DNA of 62,480 nt. It comes from Vicinamibacterales bacterium. Lineage in GTDB: Bacteria; Acidobacteriota; Vicinamibacteria; Vicinamibacterales; UBA2999. The translations under genes were made by a program, and so were the position numbers. Positions 1 through 9,342 of this stretch are shown here, in pieces. Below the pieces are notes generated by a model that did no database searches, was not told the origin of the DNA, and saw only the letters and a list, made by a program, of their open reading frames with translations. The number at the start of each line of letters is the position of its first letter. The first letter of the stretch is position 1. The DNA is taken from the NCBI GenBank assembly GCA_050742335.1, contig JBOGIR010000122.1:1-62480 (forward strand). The letters are read 5' to 3'.

Positions 1-1
1 T

Positions 2-310
2 GGAACGGTCGCGCACTGCGAGCTCGGATTTGGCGACGCGGTTCTGATGATGGGAAGCCCGATGCCGCCCCGGTTCCCGCAGAGGAAGGCCTGCCTGGCG
101 ATCTACGTCAAGAACTGCGATACGACATACAACGAGGCGTTGAGCGCGGGCGCGCGCTCGCTGCAAGAGCCCACGGACCAGTTCTACGGCGATCGCAATG
201 CGCGATTCGAGGACCCTTTCGGCAATGAATGGTCCGTAATGACCCACGTCAAGGACGTCAGTGAGAGGGAGATGAAGAAGGCCATGGCGCAGATGGGAAA
301 CGCCGGCTGA
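2..310 (+). CDS. VOC/glyoxalase-family protein, C-terminal part (5' end outside window)
   Basis: The frame stays open to the window edge (GTVAHCELGFGDAVLMMGSP...). The C-terminal 'DQFYGDRNARFEDPFGNEWSV' is typical of glyoxalase/bleomycin-resistance fold proteins. Confidence 0.7.
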   Translation, partial: GTVAHCELGFGDAVLMMGSPMPPRFPQRKACLAIYVKNCDTTYNEALSAGARSLQEPTDQFYGDRNARFEDPFGNEWSVMTHVKDVSEREMKKAMAQMGNAG

Positions 311-692
311 TTGTCGCCACGCATCGACAGCGAGAATCGGTCCCGTGTAACGCCGCAGTGTCTACCGATCGGGAAAGGTGGCTGTACGTACACCGCCCGA
401 GCGCCGCGAGGCGCCAGCCGAGCGAGTAACCTGCTCCAGCGATCCCAACCGCGTGCGAAATTGGCAATTGGCGCCCGTGGCCTATCCAGGGAATCCCAGC
501 TCGATGACGCCAGCGCCAATTGACGGGTCGAGCACGCTGCCGTTCGTGCCCCCCCCTGGCACCAACTGCGGTTGACCGGGCGGACGATGCCGGTAGAATG
601 GCCCCACGCGACGGCATCGTCGGGGAGGCATCCAATGAACGATAGCGTTCCGGTTACTCGCCGCACCGCTTAGAAAGCACACGGCGATCTTC

Positions 693-1211
693 ATGCTTTG
701 CTGTCGAATGTTCTTGGCGGCCTCGTTCGTCCTCCTCGTTGTCCCAGACCGCTTGGTCAGTGCCGCACTGCAGCAGCAGCCGCCTATACCAAGGACGCTG
801 TCGAGTGAGGTTCGCGCCGCCTGTGATGCAGCCTACGCAATTGCCGCGAAGACTCCTGGCGTCTCGATCCAACGACGCATCGGTACCTTCAGCGACGAGA
901 CACTTCCAGGGCCGGTCATCGGATGTGGGTTGGCGATTTCGGGATCGTTCGCTCGGGCACAGGCGACTGGCGACGCGGCGTTGCGCCTGCGTCAGGACTT
1001 TTCGACTCGCGCGTGGCAGGAAATGCCGGCGTACAGCGCTGACGGAACCGACGGGACGTCGTTCGCGTTTCGCAAGGTGGGAGTGGCGTGCCTGGTTCGA
1101 GGCACATGGGACGGCGGAGCCGCCGACGACCCTACGATCCCCGCAGAGGATTGGTACAAGGTTGCAGTGTTTTGTACGAGTCCAGTATTCCCAGAGAACA
1201 AGTCGCCGTAA
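693..1211 (+). CDS. hypothetical secreted protein
   Basis: 172-aa ORF with a hydrophobic N-terminal signal-like segment (FLAASFVLLVVP). No family recognised. Confidence 0.45.
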   Translation: MLCCRMFLAASFVLLVVPDRLVSAALQQQPPIPRTLSSEVRAACDAAYAIAAKTPGVSIQRRIGTFSDETLPGPVIGCGLAISGSFARAQATGDAALRLRQDFSTRAWQEMPAYSADGTDGTSFAFRKVGVACLVRGTWDGGAADDPTIPAEDWYKVAVFCTSPVFPENKSP

Positions 1212-1526
1212 GTGCGGCCGCATCGATGGCCTAGAAACGAGTGGGAGGTCCTTCCCGCCCGTCAGGATTTCTCGGCAGGTCGCCGGTGCCGTCGCGCAAG
1301 CGGCGCGAGGCGCAGCCGAGGCAGCTCGCCGATCCATTCTGCAAGGGTTCGCGGTACGTACCGCGCGAGCGCCGCGAGCGAAGCGAGCAAGCGAATGCGC
1401 GGTTAAAGGCTGCGCCACGGCCCACGGAATCGAGCCTGGTACCGCCACGGCGTGGCGAAAATCCCGCCGATGAGGCACGGTTCGCCTCCTTCGCCCGTCC
1501 GGTCGATCATCGCGTAAGCTCTCGCC

Positions 1527-1883
1527 GTGGTGTTCACCAAGCACCTGCGCGAGGGAATTCGCCGCGGCAGGATCAGGTGCAGTGTCCGCATCTGGATGCG
1601 ACCCCACGTCAAGGTGGGTGGTCGCTACCGGATGGACGACGGGCACATCGTCATCGAATCGATCCAGCCCATTGAGTTGGCTGACGTCACGCAGGACCTG
1701 GCGCGCGAGTCAGGTTTCGCGAGCGTGGAAGACCTCCTTCAGACCGCGAAACACGGCCGCGGCAACAACGTCTATCTGATTCGGTTCCACTACCTGCCCC
1801 CGGGCGGCTGGGACGCGCCGGCCGAAGGCGGACGCCAGGTCGAACAGGTATACAGACGACCGGGTGGGTCGAGACGGCGATGA
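1527..1883 (+). CDS. ASCH-domain-like protein
   Basis: 118-aa ORF. The 'RCSVRIWMRPHVKVGGRYRM..GHIVIESI..' pattern resembles small ASCH/PUA-like proteins. GTG start. Confidence 0.5.
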   Translation: MVFTKHLREGIRRGRIRCSVRIWMRPHVKVGGRYRMDDGHIVIESIQPIELADVTQDLARESGFASVEDLLQTAKHGRGNNVYLIRFHYLPPGGWDAPAEGGRQVEQVYRRPGGSRRR

Positions 1884-1963
1884 GTGCAACGCTGTTGCGA
1901 AAGTGGCTCCAGCCAACCCGTCAGGAATCGCTGGGCGTCCACTCGAGAGTAGTCTGACAGGCG

Positions 1964-2368
1964 ATGTCGAATCTTGAACTCGTCACGTTGGTGGTTCGGG
2001 ACTACGATGCCGCTATCCGTTTCTTTGTTGACGTCCTGCAGTTCCAATTGGTGGAAGACACGGCGTCGCTGACCAATTACGGTCGCCCGAAACGTTGGGT
2101 CGTCGTTCGTCCCGAGGGAGGCCAAACAGGCATACTGCTCGCGCGTGCCGACGGCGAACACCAAGCAAGCATCGTGGGCCAGCAGTTCGCCGGTCGCGTC
2201 GGACTGTTCCTGCGCGTCGATGACTTCAACACTACCTACCGCCGCATGACCGCCGCTGGTGTGCAGTTCGTCTCGCCGCCTCGCGATGAACCGTACGGCC
2301 GACTTGCAGTGTTTCTGGATCTTGAGGGGAACCGCTGGGACCTCTTGGGACGAGACCCGCGGCGATAG
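1964..2368 (+). CDS. VOC/glyoxalase-family protein
   Basis: 134 aa. Shows 'VTLVVRDYDAAIRFFVDVLQF' and 'PRDEPYGRLAVFLDLEGNRWDL', the paired beta-alpha-beta-beta-beta motifs of the VOC superfamily. Confidence 0.8.
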   Translation: MSNLELVTLVVRDYDAAIRFFVDVLQFQLVEDTASLTNYGRPKRWVVVRPEGGQTGILLARADGEHQASIVGQQFAGRVGLFLRVDDFNTTYRRMTAAGVQFVSPPRDEPYGRLAVFLDLEGNRWDLLGRDPRR

Positions 2369-2379
2369 GCGCCAGTCTA

Positions 2380-3951
2380 GTGACCACGATGATCGCTAGG
2401 CCGCCATGCGACGCCGGAGCGGTCCTGGGTGGATCGGTTGCAGCGCCTTGTTCACCGCTGACGAGCCGCTGGGTCCTCGCCGCCACGATCCTCGCGAGCA
2501 GCATGGTGTTCATCGACAGCTCCGCCGTGAACGTGGCGCTGCCGGTGCTGCAGAACAGCCTCGATGCTTCCGTGACAGAGGTCCAGTGGGTCATCGAGGT
2601 GTACATGCTCTTTCTCGCTGCACTGATCCTGGTTGGCGGTGCGCTGGGCGACCGTCTGGGACGACGACGCGTGTTCATCTGGGGCGTGGGCATCTTTGCA
2701 TTGGCCTCGTTCTGGTGCGGCCTTGCGCCCTCCCCGGCGCAGCTGATTGCCGCGCGCGCGGTGCAAGGCGTTGGCGGCGCACTGCTCGTACCTGGCAGTC
2801 TGGCGATCATCAGCGCGTCGTTCGATGAGGCCTCGAGGGGCGCGGCCATCGGCACATGGTCCGGCGTCACGGCGATGACAATGGCTGCGGGCCCCGTTGC
2901 TGGCGGCTGGCTGGCCGACCACGTGTCGTGGCGGTGGGTGTTCCTGCTCAATATTCCATTCGCGCTTGCGGTGGTGCTGATTGCAGTCACACGGCTTCCC
3001 GAGTCGCGCGACCCATCCGCCACCGGCCGACTCGACTGGGCTGGTGCCGGCGTGAGCGTCGCGGCATTGGGGCTGCTCGTGTACGGCCTGATCGAGTCCG
3101 CGAACCTCGGACTCACACATCCACTCGTGCTCGCGACGATTGCCGGAGGCGTGGTGCTTCTCGGAGTCTTCATCATCATCGAACAGTCCGTCGGCACTCC
3201 GATGATGCCGCTTGGTCTGTTCAGGTCCAGAAACTTCGCTGGCGCAAACCTGTTGACGCTTCTGTTGTACGGGGCGCTCGGCGGCGCCCTCTTTTTTCTG
3301 CCGTTCAATCTGATTCAGGTCCACGGGTACACGCCAGCCGAGGCAGGGGCAGCATGGCTTCCGTTCATCCTCACGATTGCATTGCTGTCGGGCTGGGCGG
3401 GAGCGCTCGTGCCTGTCGTTGGTGCCAGAGTGCTTCTGGTGGCCGGCCCACTGATCACGGCTGCGGGATTTGTACTGGCGGCCCTGCCAGGCACGGACGG
3501 TGACTACTGGACGACGTTCTTCCCGGCGTTCGTCGTCATGGGACTGGGCATGTCCGTGGCCGTCGCTCCATTGGTGACGGTCGTCATGGGCTCAGTGGAA
3601 TCACGCCGCGCGGGGATCGCGTCCGGGATCAACAACGCGGTGTCGCGCGCCGCAGGGCTGCTGGCGCTCGCCGCGATGGGCGTGCTCGTCCTGACGGTCT
3701 TCAATCGCGAGCTCGACCGTCGTCTCGCTGCCTCCCAGGTGCGGCCCGCCGTCGTGGAGCAGCTTGTGCAGCAGGGAGTCAATCTCGCGGCTACCAGGCC
3801 TCCGGCGTCGGCCACGCCTGAGGAAGCGCGCGAATTGCGGACGGCGATCAACGAGTCGTTCGTCGCCGGGTTCCGGTGGGCGATGTTGACTGCGGCTGGG
3901 CTGGCCGTTGGCAGCGCACTAGTCGCGGCGCTGGCGATCAGAGGAGGATAA
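2380..3951 (+). CDS. MFS transporter, DHA2 (EmrB/QacA-like, 14-TMS) family
   Basis: 523 aa with many TM segments. Carries the MFS motif A-like 'GALGDRLGRRRVF'. Length and topology are typical of drug:H+ antiporter-2 proteins. Confidence 0.85.
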   Translation: MTTMIARPPCDAGAVLGGSVAAPCSPLTSRWVLAATILASSMVFIDSSAVNVALPVLQNSLDASVTEVQWVIEVYMLFLAALILVGGALGDRLGRRRVFIWGVGIFALASFWCGLAPSPAQLIAARAVQGVGGALLVPGSLAIISASFDEASRGAAIGTWSGVTAMTMAAGPVAGGWLADHVSWRWVFLLNIPFALAVVLIAVTRLPESRDPSATGRLDWAGAGVSVAALGLLVYGLIESANLGLTHPLVLATIAGGVVLLGVFIIIEQSVGTPMMPLGLFRSRNFAGANLLTLLLYGALGGALFFLPFNLIQVHGYTPAEAGAAWLPFILTIALLSGWAGALVPVVGARVLLVAGPLITAAGFVLAALPGTDGDYWTTFFPAFVVMGLGMSVAVAPLVTVVMGSVESRRAGIASGINNAVSRAAGLLALAAMGVLVLTVFNRELDRRLAASQVRPAVVEQLVQQGVNLAATRPPASATPEEARELRTAINESFVAGFRWAMLTAAGLAVGSALVAALAIRGG

Positions 3952-3954
3952 AGG

Positions 3955-5292
3955 GTGATGTCTGCGACATCCTGTTCGTCCATTGATCGCGCGGAAGCGG
4001 CGAATCGATTTATCAGGACGCGCGAGCGTTCACGCCGGTTGTTCGACCTGCTCGCTCCGGACGCCTATTATTCGCAGCCGATTCTACTTCGGCATCCGAT
4101 CGCCTTTTACGAAGGGCATCTTTCGGCGTTCAGCTTCAACACGCTGATCAAGCGAGCACTCGGCGAGCCAGGAATCGATGCCGGCCTCGAGCGTCTGTTC
4201 GCGCGCGGCATCGATCCCGGGCAGGCCTCTGCATCGTCGGGAGGTCCGCAGTGGCCGGCGCGCGACGAGGTTCGTGCGTTTGTGGACGAGGCGGATCGGC
4301 GCGTGCTCGATGCGCTCCTTACGGCGTCGATCGAGCAGCCGGGTCATCCACTCCTCGATCGCGGGCAGGCGGTGCATGCCATTCTCGAGCACGAGGCGAT
4401 GCATCAGGAAACACTGCTGTACATGTGGCATCAGTTGCCCTACGATCAAAAGCGGCCCCCCGCAGGCATCCTGGTGAACACCGGAGGATCGCCTCCGCGC
4501 GCGGAGACGATCGACGTGCCGGCCGGCCGCACGACGGTTGGGGCGAGGAGCGGAGCAATCGCGTTCGGATGGGATAACGAGTTCGAAGCCGTCGACGTGG
4601 ACGTGGCGGCGTTTGCGATCGATCGGTACGACGTCACGAATGCCGCGTTTCTCGAGTTCGTCGAAACCGGCGGGTACCGCGATGCGCGATGGTGGACGCC
4701 GGACGGCTTTGCATGGCTCCGCGCTGACGGCATCGAGCACCCGCGGTTCTGGACTCAGCACGAGGGCCGATGGTGGTGGCGCGGGATGTTTCAGGCGTTC
4801 CCGCTTCCAGCCTCATGGCCGGTCTATGTCAGTCATGCCGAGGCCTCTGCGTACGCGCGCTGGCGCGGCCGGCGCCTGCCGACCGAGGCCGAGTACTGCC
4901 GGGCCGCGTTCGGCACACCAGCCGGCGTCGAGCTTTCGTATCCATGGGGTGACGACCCGCCTGACGGCGTCCGCGGCCACTTCGATTTCGCGGGATGGGA
5001 CCCGCAGCCAGTCGGCCAATATCCCGCAGGTCAGAGCGCATGGGGCGTCGATGACCTGCTCGGGAACGGGTGGGAGTGGACGTCGACGGTGTTTGCGCCC
5101 CTGCCCGGCTTCGCGCCGTTGCCGTCGTATCCCGAATACTCCGCGGACTTTTTCGACGGCCAGCACTACGTCATGAAAGGGGCATCATCGGCCACCGCGC
5201 GCGACCTGCTGCGCCCGAGCTTTCGCAACTGGTTCCGGCCGCACTATCCGTACGTGTATGCAGCATTCCGCTGCGTCTCGGAACGTGCATGA
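3955..5292 (+). CDS. egtB: ergothioneine biosynthesis sulfoxide synthase EgtB (DinB_2 + FGE-sulfatase domains)
   Basis: N-terminal DinB-like 'FYEGHLSAF...ILEHEAMHQETLLYMWHQL'. C-terminal FGE-like 'GNGWEWTSTVF...YVMKGASSATARDLLRPSFRNWF'. Starts 4 nt after the MFS stop, with AGGAGGA upstream. Confidence 0.85.
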   Translation: MMSATSCSSIDRAEAANRFIRTRERSRRLFDLLAPDAYYSQPILLRHPIAFYEGHLSAFSFNTLIKRALGEPGIDAGLERLFARGIDPGQASASSGGPQWPARDEVRAFVDEADRRVLDALLTASIEQPGHPLLDRGQAVHAILEHEAMHQETLLYMWHQLPYDQKRPPAGILVNTGGSPPRAETIDVPAGRTTVGARSGAIAFGWDNEFEAVDVDVAAFAIDRYDVTNAAFLEFVETGGYRDARWWTPDGFAWLRADGIEHPRFWTQHEGRWWWRGMFQAFPLPASWPVYVSHAEASAYARWRGRRLPTEAEYCRAAFGTPAGVELSYPWGDDPPDGVRGHFDFAGWDPQPVGQYPAGQSAWGVDDLLGNGWEWTSTVFAPLPGFAPLPSYPEYSADFFDGQHYVMKGASSATARDLLRPSFRNWFRPHYPYVYAAFRCVSERA

Positions 5293-6263
5293 GCGCTGAG
5301 GCGCGATCGGCGGCTGCCCACGCCATCACCGGTCGAGACGTCGAAGAGATTCACTACTATCTGGCCCAGTCTCCGCGGCAGCTTCCGTCGCGCCTGCTCT
5401 ACGACGTCCTCGGGTCGAGCCTCTTTGAAGCCATCTGCCTGCTGCCGTGGTACCACATCACACGTGCGGAGATGCGTCTCCTCGTCGAGCACGGCGCGGC
5501 GATCGGTCGGCGTGTCTCAGCGACCGAGCTCGTGGAACTGGGATGCGGCAACGGCCAGAAGCTTGAAGCGCTGATGCGCGCACTGGCGCCGACCAGGCCG
5601 GACGTGCACCTGATCGATGTGTCGCGGGAGGCGCTTGACCGAACGACGCAGGTACTGCGTGCCGTAGGTGCCACGCGCATTACCGCCGCTCAGGCCACGT
5701 ACGAGGACGGACTCATGCAGCTGCCCGCGGCGCCGCAACACGGGCGCCGTCTCATTCTGTTTCTCGGGTCGAACATCGGTAACTTCGATCCGCCAGCGGC
5801 ATCGGCTTTCATACATCTCACCCGAAGAGCGCTGCGCCCGCGAGATTGGCTGCTGCTCGGTGTCGATCTTGTGAAGCCCGAGCGCGACCTGACGCTGGCC
5901 TATGACGATCCGCTCGGTGTGACGGCTGCCTTCAACAAGAATCTGTTGTTGCGCCTCAACACAGAAGCCGGCGCCAACTTCGATCTGGACGGATTCCGCC
6001 ACGAGGTGCGCTGGAATCGGCACGCGTCGAGGATTGAGATGCACCTCGTGAGCCGGCGGCGCCACGACGTCGTCGTTCCCGGTCCCACCGGCCCGTTGGC
6101 GTTCACTCTCGAGCCGGGTGAGTCGATCTGGACCGAGAGCTCGTACAAGTACGAGCCCGACGGCGTGCGGGCGCTGATGGAATCCGGCGGTTTCGAGTTG
6201 CGTTCGCAGTGGATCGAGGACGAGGCACGGGTTCTGCTGTCGCTCTTCGAGGCGGTCACGTGA
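5289..6263 (+). CDS. egtD: L-histidine N-alpha-methyltransferase EgtD
   Basis: The ATG overlaps the egtB stop (ATGA). Shows 'LPSRLLYDVLGSSLFEAICLLPWYHITRAE', 'ELGCGNGQKL' and 'FLGSNIGNFDP', typical of EgtD. The track ORF 5070..6263 is an upstream extension of this frame that overlaps egtB. Confidence 0.85.
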   Translation: MSAEARSAAAHAITGRDVEEIHYYLAQSPRQLPSRLLYDVLGSSLFEAICLLPWYHITRAEMRLLVEHGAAIGRRVSATELVELGCGNGQKLEALMRALAPTRPDVHLIDVSREALDRTTQVLRAVGATRITAAQATYEDGLMQLPAAPQHGRRLILFLGSNIGNFDPPAASAFIHLTRRALRPRDWLLLGVDLVKPERDLTLAYDDPLGVTAAFNKNLLLRLNTEAGANFDLDGFRHEVRWNRHASRIEMHLVSRRRHDVVVPGPTGPLAFTLEPGESIWTESSYKYEPDGVRALMESGGFELRSQWIEDEARVLLSLFEAVT

Positions 6264-6323
6264 ACGCGCGATTCCGAATGATGCTCTCGCGTGAGTGTCG
6301 TCGCGGTGGCGGCGACGTAAGAT

Positions 6324-6343
6324 GTCAACGGTTACCCGTTGAC
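6324..6343. terminator. perfect 8-bp hairpin GTCAACGG-ttac-CCGTTGAC downstream of egtD
   Basis: The inverted repeat was read directly. It lies 60 nt after the egtD stop and has no T-tract, so it could be a terminator or an operator. Confidence 0.3.
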
Positions 6344-6520
6344 CCTGCCTAGTCACTCTGATAAGGTCCCGACCGCCGTTTCCTCTCGTCGTGTCGCCAC
6401 CGGTCCCCCTCACCAGCCTCACCAGCCACAGGAGGGTACGATGACGCGTCGTCGAATCACGGGTGCCGCCGCTTTCGTCTGCCTGATTTCGGACCCGCTA
6501 TCGCCGGAAAGAGGTGCCGG

Positions 6521-7453
6521 ATGATGACTCGTCTTCTGGATTGCACGATACTGCTGGCGGCGTGCCTGGCGATCGTGATGCTGATGCCGGCGCGCCCCGC
6601 CAGCCAGGCGCTGTATCCGCGCGACGCCCCCAAGCAGCCGGGCGCGCCGAGTTGGGCGCGCGAGCGCGCGACGCTCCCTCCCTTCACCCCGCCGCGCACG
6701 CCGGAGGGGACTCCGAACCTGCAGGGACGCTGGGGCGGGCCGGCCGGAGGCGATGACATCGAAGAACACGACTACGTGGACGTGAGCTCGCCGCCCGAGG
6801 AGACCTACATCTCCGACCCGCCGGGCGGGACGATTCCGTACCAGCCGTGGGCCAAGGCGGTGCAAGCCGAGCATCGAACCGGGCTGGCGCGGGGATGGCC
6901 CGGCGAAAAGGGGCGGCTCTATCCGGACCCGCAGACGTTCTGTCTCTACAGCGTCCCGCGCGCGACGTATCGCGGCGGCTTCGAGATCGTGCAGGTCCCC
7001 GGCTACGTGATGATGCTCTACAACTTTGGCCACTACTATCGCTTCATCCCGACCGACGGGCGTCCGCACGATGTCCCCGCGCACGTCAAGCTGTGGATGG
7101 GCCATTCGCGCGGTTCGTGGCAGGGCAACACGCTCGTGGTCGACGTGACCAATCTCAATGGCAAGAACTGGCTCGACCAGGTAGGAAACTTCTTCAGCGA
7201 GAACGCCCACGTCGTCGAGCGCTTCACGCTCGCCGACGCGGACACGATCGACTACGAGACGACGATCGACGATCCAACGGTCTTTACGAGGCCGTGGACG
7301 ATCCGGTTGCCGCTGCGACGTGCCCGCGGCGGCAGCGGCGATCGCTACGCGAACGAGACCTGGGAGAACGCGTGTCACGAAGGGAACCAGGCGACCGAGC
7401 ACAATCGCACGCTCGGGTTCAAATGGTTCAGGGGGGTCACGCCCCCGAAGTGA
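6521..7453 (+). CDS. secreted protein, uncharacterised paralog family (copy D1)
   Basis: Has a signal peptide and the family motifs 'RTPEGTPNLQGRW', 'IPYQPWA', 'IPTDGRPH', 'WMGHSRGSWQGNTLVVDVTNLNGKNWLD' and 'DDPTVFTRPWT'. Confidence 0.8.
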   Translation: MMTRLLDCTILLAACLAIVMLMPARPASQALYPRDAPKQPGAPSWARERATLPPFTPPRTPEGTPNLQGRWGGPAGGDDIEEHDYVDVSSPPEETYISDPPGGTIPYQPWAKAVQAEHRTGLARGWPGEKGRLYPDPQTFCLYSVPRATYRGGFEIVQVPGYVMMLYNFGHYYRFIPTDGRPHDVPAHVKLWMGHSRGSWQGNTLVVDVTNLNGKNWLDQVGNFFSENAHVVERFTLADADTIDYETTIDDPTVFTRPWTIRLPLRRARGGSGDRYANETWENACHEGNQATEHNRTLGFKWFRGVTPPK

Positions 7454-7510
7454 GCTCGCGGAGGCACCACTGTATTCTCTCGGCGCCCTCGATGGAGAGG
7501 AGGTTATGTC

Positions 7511-8323
7511 GTGAACCGATGGTCTGATGGATGGAGGATCGCGCTGGGTACGGTGGGACTCATCGTCGCGCTGGCGCCGGCGCCGCCAGCGGCGCAGGGC
7601 GCGGCGGGGACGACCTACACGCCGCCACGGACGCGGGACGGGCATCCGGATCTGCAAGGTGTGTGGCAGGTCCTCAATGCCGCCGCGTGGAACGTTGAGG
7701 ATCATGCGGCGCGGATCGGCGTGCCTGGCGGCTACGGCGTCGTCGACGGCGGCGCGATCCCCTATCAGCCGTGGGCGCTCGCCAGGAGGCAGGAGAATTT
7801 TGCGAATCGCGCGACGCTCGATCCCGAGACGAAGTGTTACCTCCCTGGGGTCCCTCGCATTACCTACATGCCGCATCCGTTTCGCATCGTGCAGCAGGCC
7901 AACCGGGTGACGATCCTGTACGAGTACCTACACGCGGTCCGCTACGTCTTCATGAACGGCAACCCGCATCCCGAAGGACCGATCGAGTGGTGGATGGGCG
8001 ACTCACGCGGCCGCTGGGAGGGCAACACGCTCGTCGTCGACGTGATCCACCTGAGCGACAGGACCTGGCTCGATCGCGCCGGCAATTTCCACAGCGAGGC
8101 GCTGCACGTGGTCGAGCGCTACACGCCGAGCGGTCCCGATCACATCCTGTATGAGGCGACGCTCGACGATCCGAAGGTGTTCACGCGTCCCTGGACGATG
8201 AGCATGACGCTCTATCGACGCCAGGGAAAGAACGGCGACCTCATGGACTCGGAATACGACTGTTATCCCGACCTGCTGGAGCAGGAGTGGGACAAGCCGG
8301 GTTCGACCTTCTTCGCACACTGA
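7511..8323 (+). CDS. secreted protein, uncharacterised paralog family (copy D2)
   Basis: GTG start after GGAGAGGAGG. Motifs 'RTRDGHPDLQGVW', 'IPYQPWA', 'CYLPGVPR', 'WMGDSRGRWEGNTLVVDVIHLSDRTWLD' and 'DDPKVFTRPWT'. Confidence 0.8.
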   Translation: MNRWSDGWRIALGTVGLIVALAPAPPAAQGAAGTTYTPPRTRDGHPDLQGVWQVLNAAAWNVEDHAARIGVPGGYGVVDGGAIPYQPWALARRQENFANRATLDPETKCYLPGVPRITYMPHPFRIVQQANRVTILYEYLHAVRYVFMNGNPHPEGPIEWWMGDSRGRWEGNTLVVDVIHLSDRTWLDRAGNFHSEALHVVERYTPSGPDHILYEATLDDPKVFTRPWTMSMTLYRRQGKNGDLMDSEYDCYPDLLEQEWDKPGSTFFAH

Positions 8324-8342
8324 GCGGCCATCGATACCCGAA

Positions 8343-9029
8343 TCATGGGTTGCCGGGGTTCTCCTGGCCGGGCGGCGCGCCTCGCGGCGGCGCCGGGAAC
8401 GCGTGGTTGTACAGTGACTGGTAACGCACCTCCTTGCCGTTCTCGTCGAGCCACCCGAACGACTGCTGGAAGAGCGCCGGCTCCGGATACCCTGCGGGAA
8501 CGGTCCCCTCGATGACGTACAGCTTCTGATTGTGCATGTAGACCGCCGCCATCGTGCGCGATCCGTCGCGGTTCGTCAGATGCACCTGATGACCGCCAAC
8601 CCCATACGTGCTATTCCATGTCAACTGCGTCACCTTCGCGTCGCGCTCCAGGAACTTCCACGTCGCATGGAGGAGCGCACCGTGATAGTCGAGCCGCCAG
8701 TGTCCCACACCCGAGAACCCGGTGCCTCCATAGCACCCTTCGGAGCGTACCGGGCACGACTGCGCCTTCTTGGTCAGGATCTTCTCAATCTGGCTGTAGT
8801 CGACCACGGTCATCGAGTAGCGGCCCGGCCCCTGCTCGGCGCTGTAGACACGCGCCGGCAGGTCGGCGCCGTACTGCGACTGGTAGGTGGTCTGCGTCAC
8901 CTTGGGCTGGCTTGGGAAATTGCCGGTAAACCGATCTTCCCGGCTGGTAAATTCGATCCATTCCTGAGCGAGCGCAGAACCGGAAAGGGTCAGGGTGAGT
9001 GTCGCGGCGACAAGTGGAGTGAAACGCAT
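8343..9029 (-). CDS. hypothetical secreted protein
   Basis: 228 aa with a clear signal peptide (MRFTPLVAATLTLTLSGSALAQE). GC-rich third codon positions. No family recognised. Confidence 0.65.
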   Translation of the reverse strand: MRFTPLVAATLTLTLSGSALAQEWIEFTSREDRFTGNFPSQPKVTQTTYQSQYGADLPARVYSAEQGPGRYSMTVVDYSQIEKILTKKAQSCPVRSEGCYGGTGFSGVGHWRLDYHGALLHATWKFLERDAKVTQLTWNSTYGVGGHQVHLTNRDGSRTMAAVYMHNQKLYVIEGTVPAGYPEPALFQQSFGWLDENGKEVRYQSLYNHAFPAPPRGAPPGQENPGNP

Positions 9030-9283
9030 GGTACTTCCTCGACTTTCAGGTCCGGTCCAAGCCGAACACTACGTGAATGCATGATGATACAGCGTCTGAT
9101 AGCGGAAGGGCGAAGGCGGGCAGGCTCGCGGTGACAGCTCCTTTCCGCGCAGCGGGACGGCCGCTTCGACCGACGGCATGAGCTGGAGGCAGACAGGACA
9201 TGCGAAACGCATTGGCGTTGAGCCAGCCAGATGGCTGTTGTCGGATCGCCGAATCGTGAGTATCTCTCGGGTGTCATCCATTT

Positions 9284-9342
9284 GGACCGCTATACGGTCC
9301 CGAACGCGAATTTTGTACTCGTTGTGGACCGTATAGCGGTCC
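9284..9342. repeat. ~60-bp palindromic element, copy P1 (GGACCGCTATACGG...CCGTATAGCGGTCC)
   Basis: 14-bp terminal inverted repeats around a conserved core, AACGCGAATTTTGTACTCGT. Near-identical copies sit at 22847 and 62256 in the same orientation. Confidence 0.85.

Noticed and set aside
5070-5288. The N-terminal 73-aa extension of the EgtD ORF. Similar 5' extensions occur in ORFs 26652.., 27751.., 30279.., 31493.., 37200.., 52052.., 55083.. and 20029...
   Set aside because: The extensions overlap the preceding gene out of frame and lack homology. Internal ATG/GTG starts with RBS-like sequences give canonical N-termini.
9284-9342. The P1/P2/P3 palindromes as integron attC sites delimiting cassettes.
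   Set aside because: There is no integrase gene and no GTTRRRY/RYYYAAC core sites. The intervening segments (13.5 and 39 kb, many genes, both strands) are nothing like integron cassettes.
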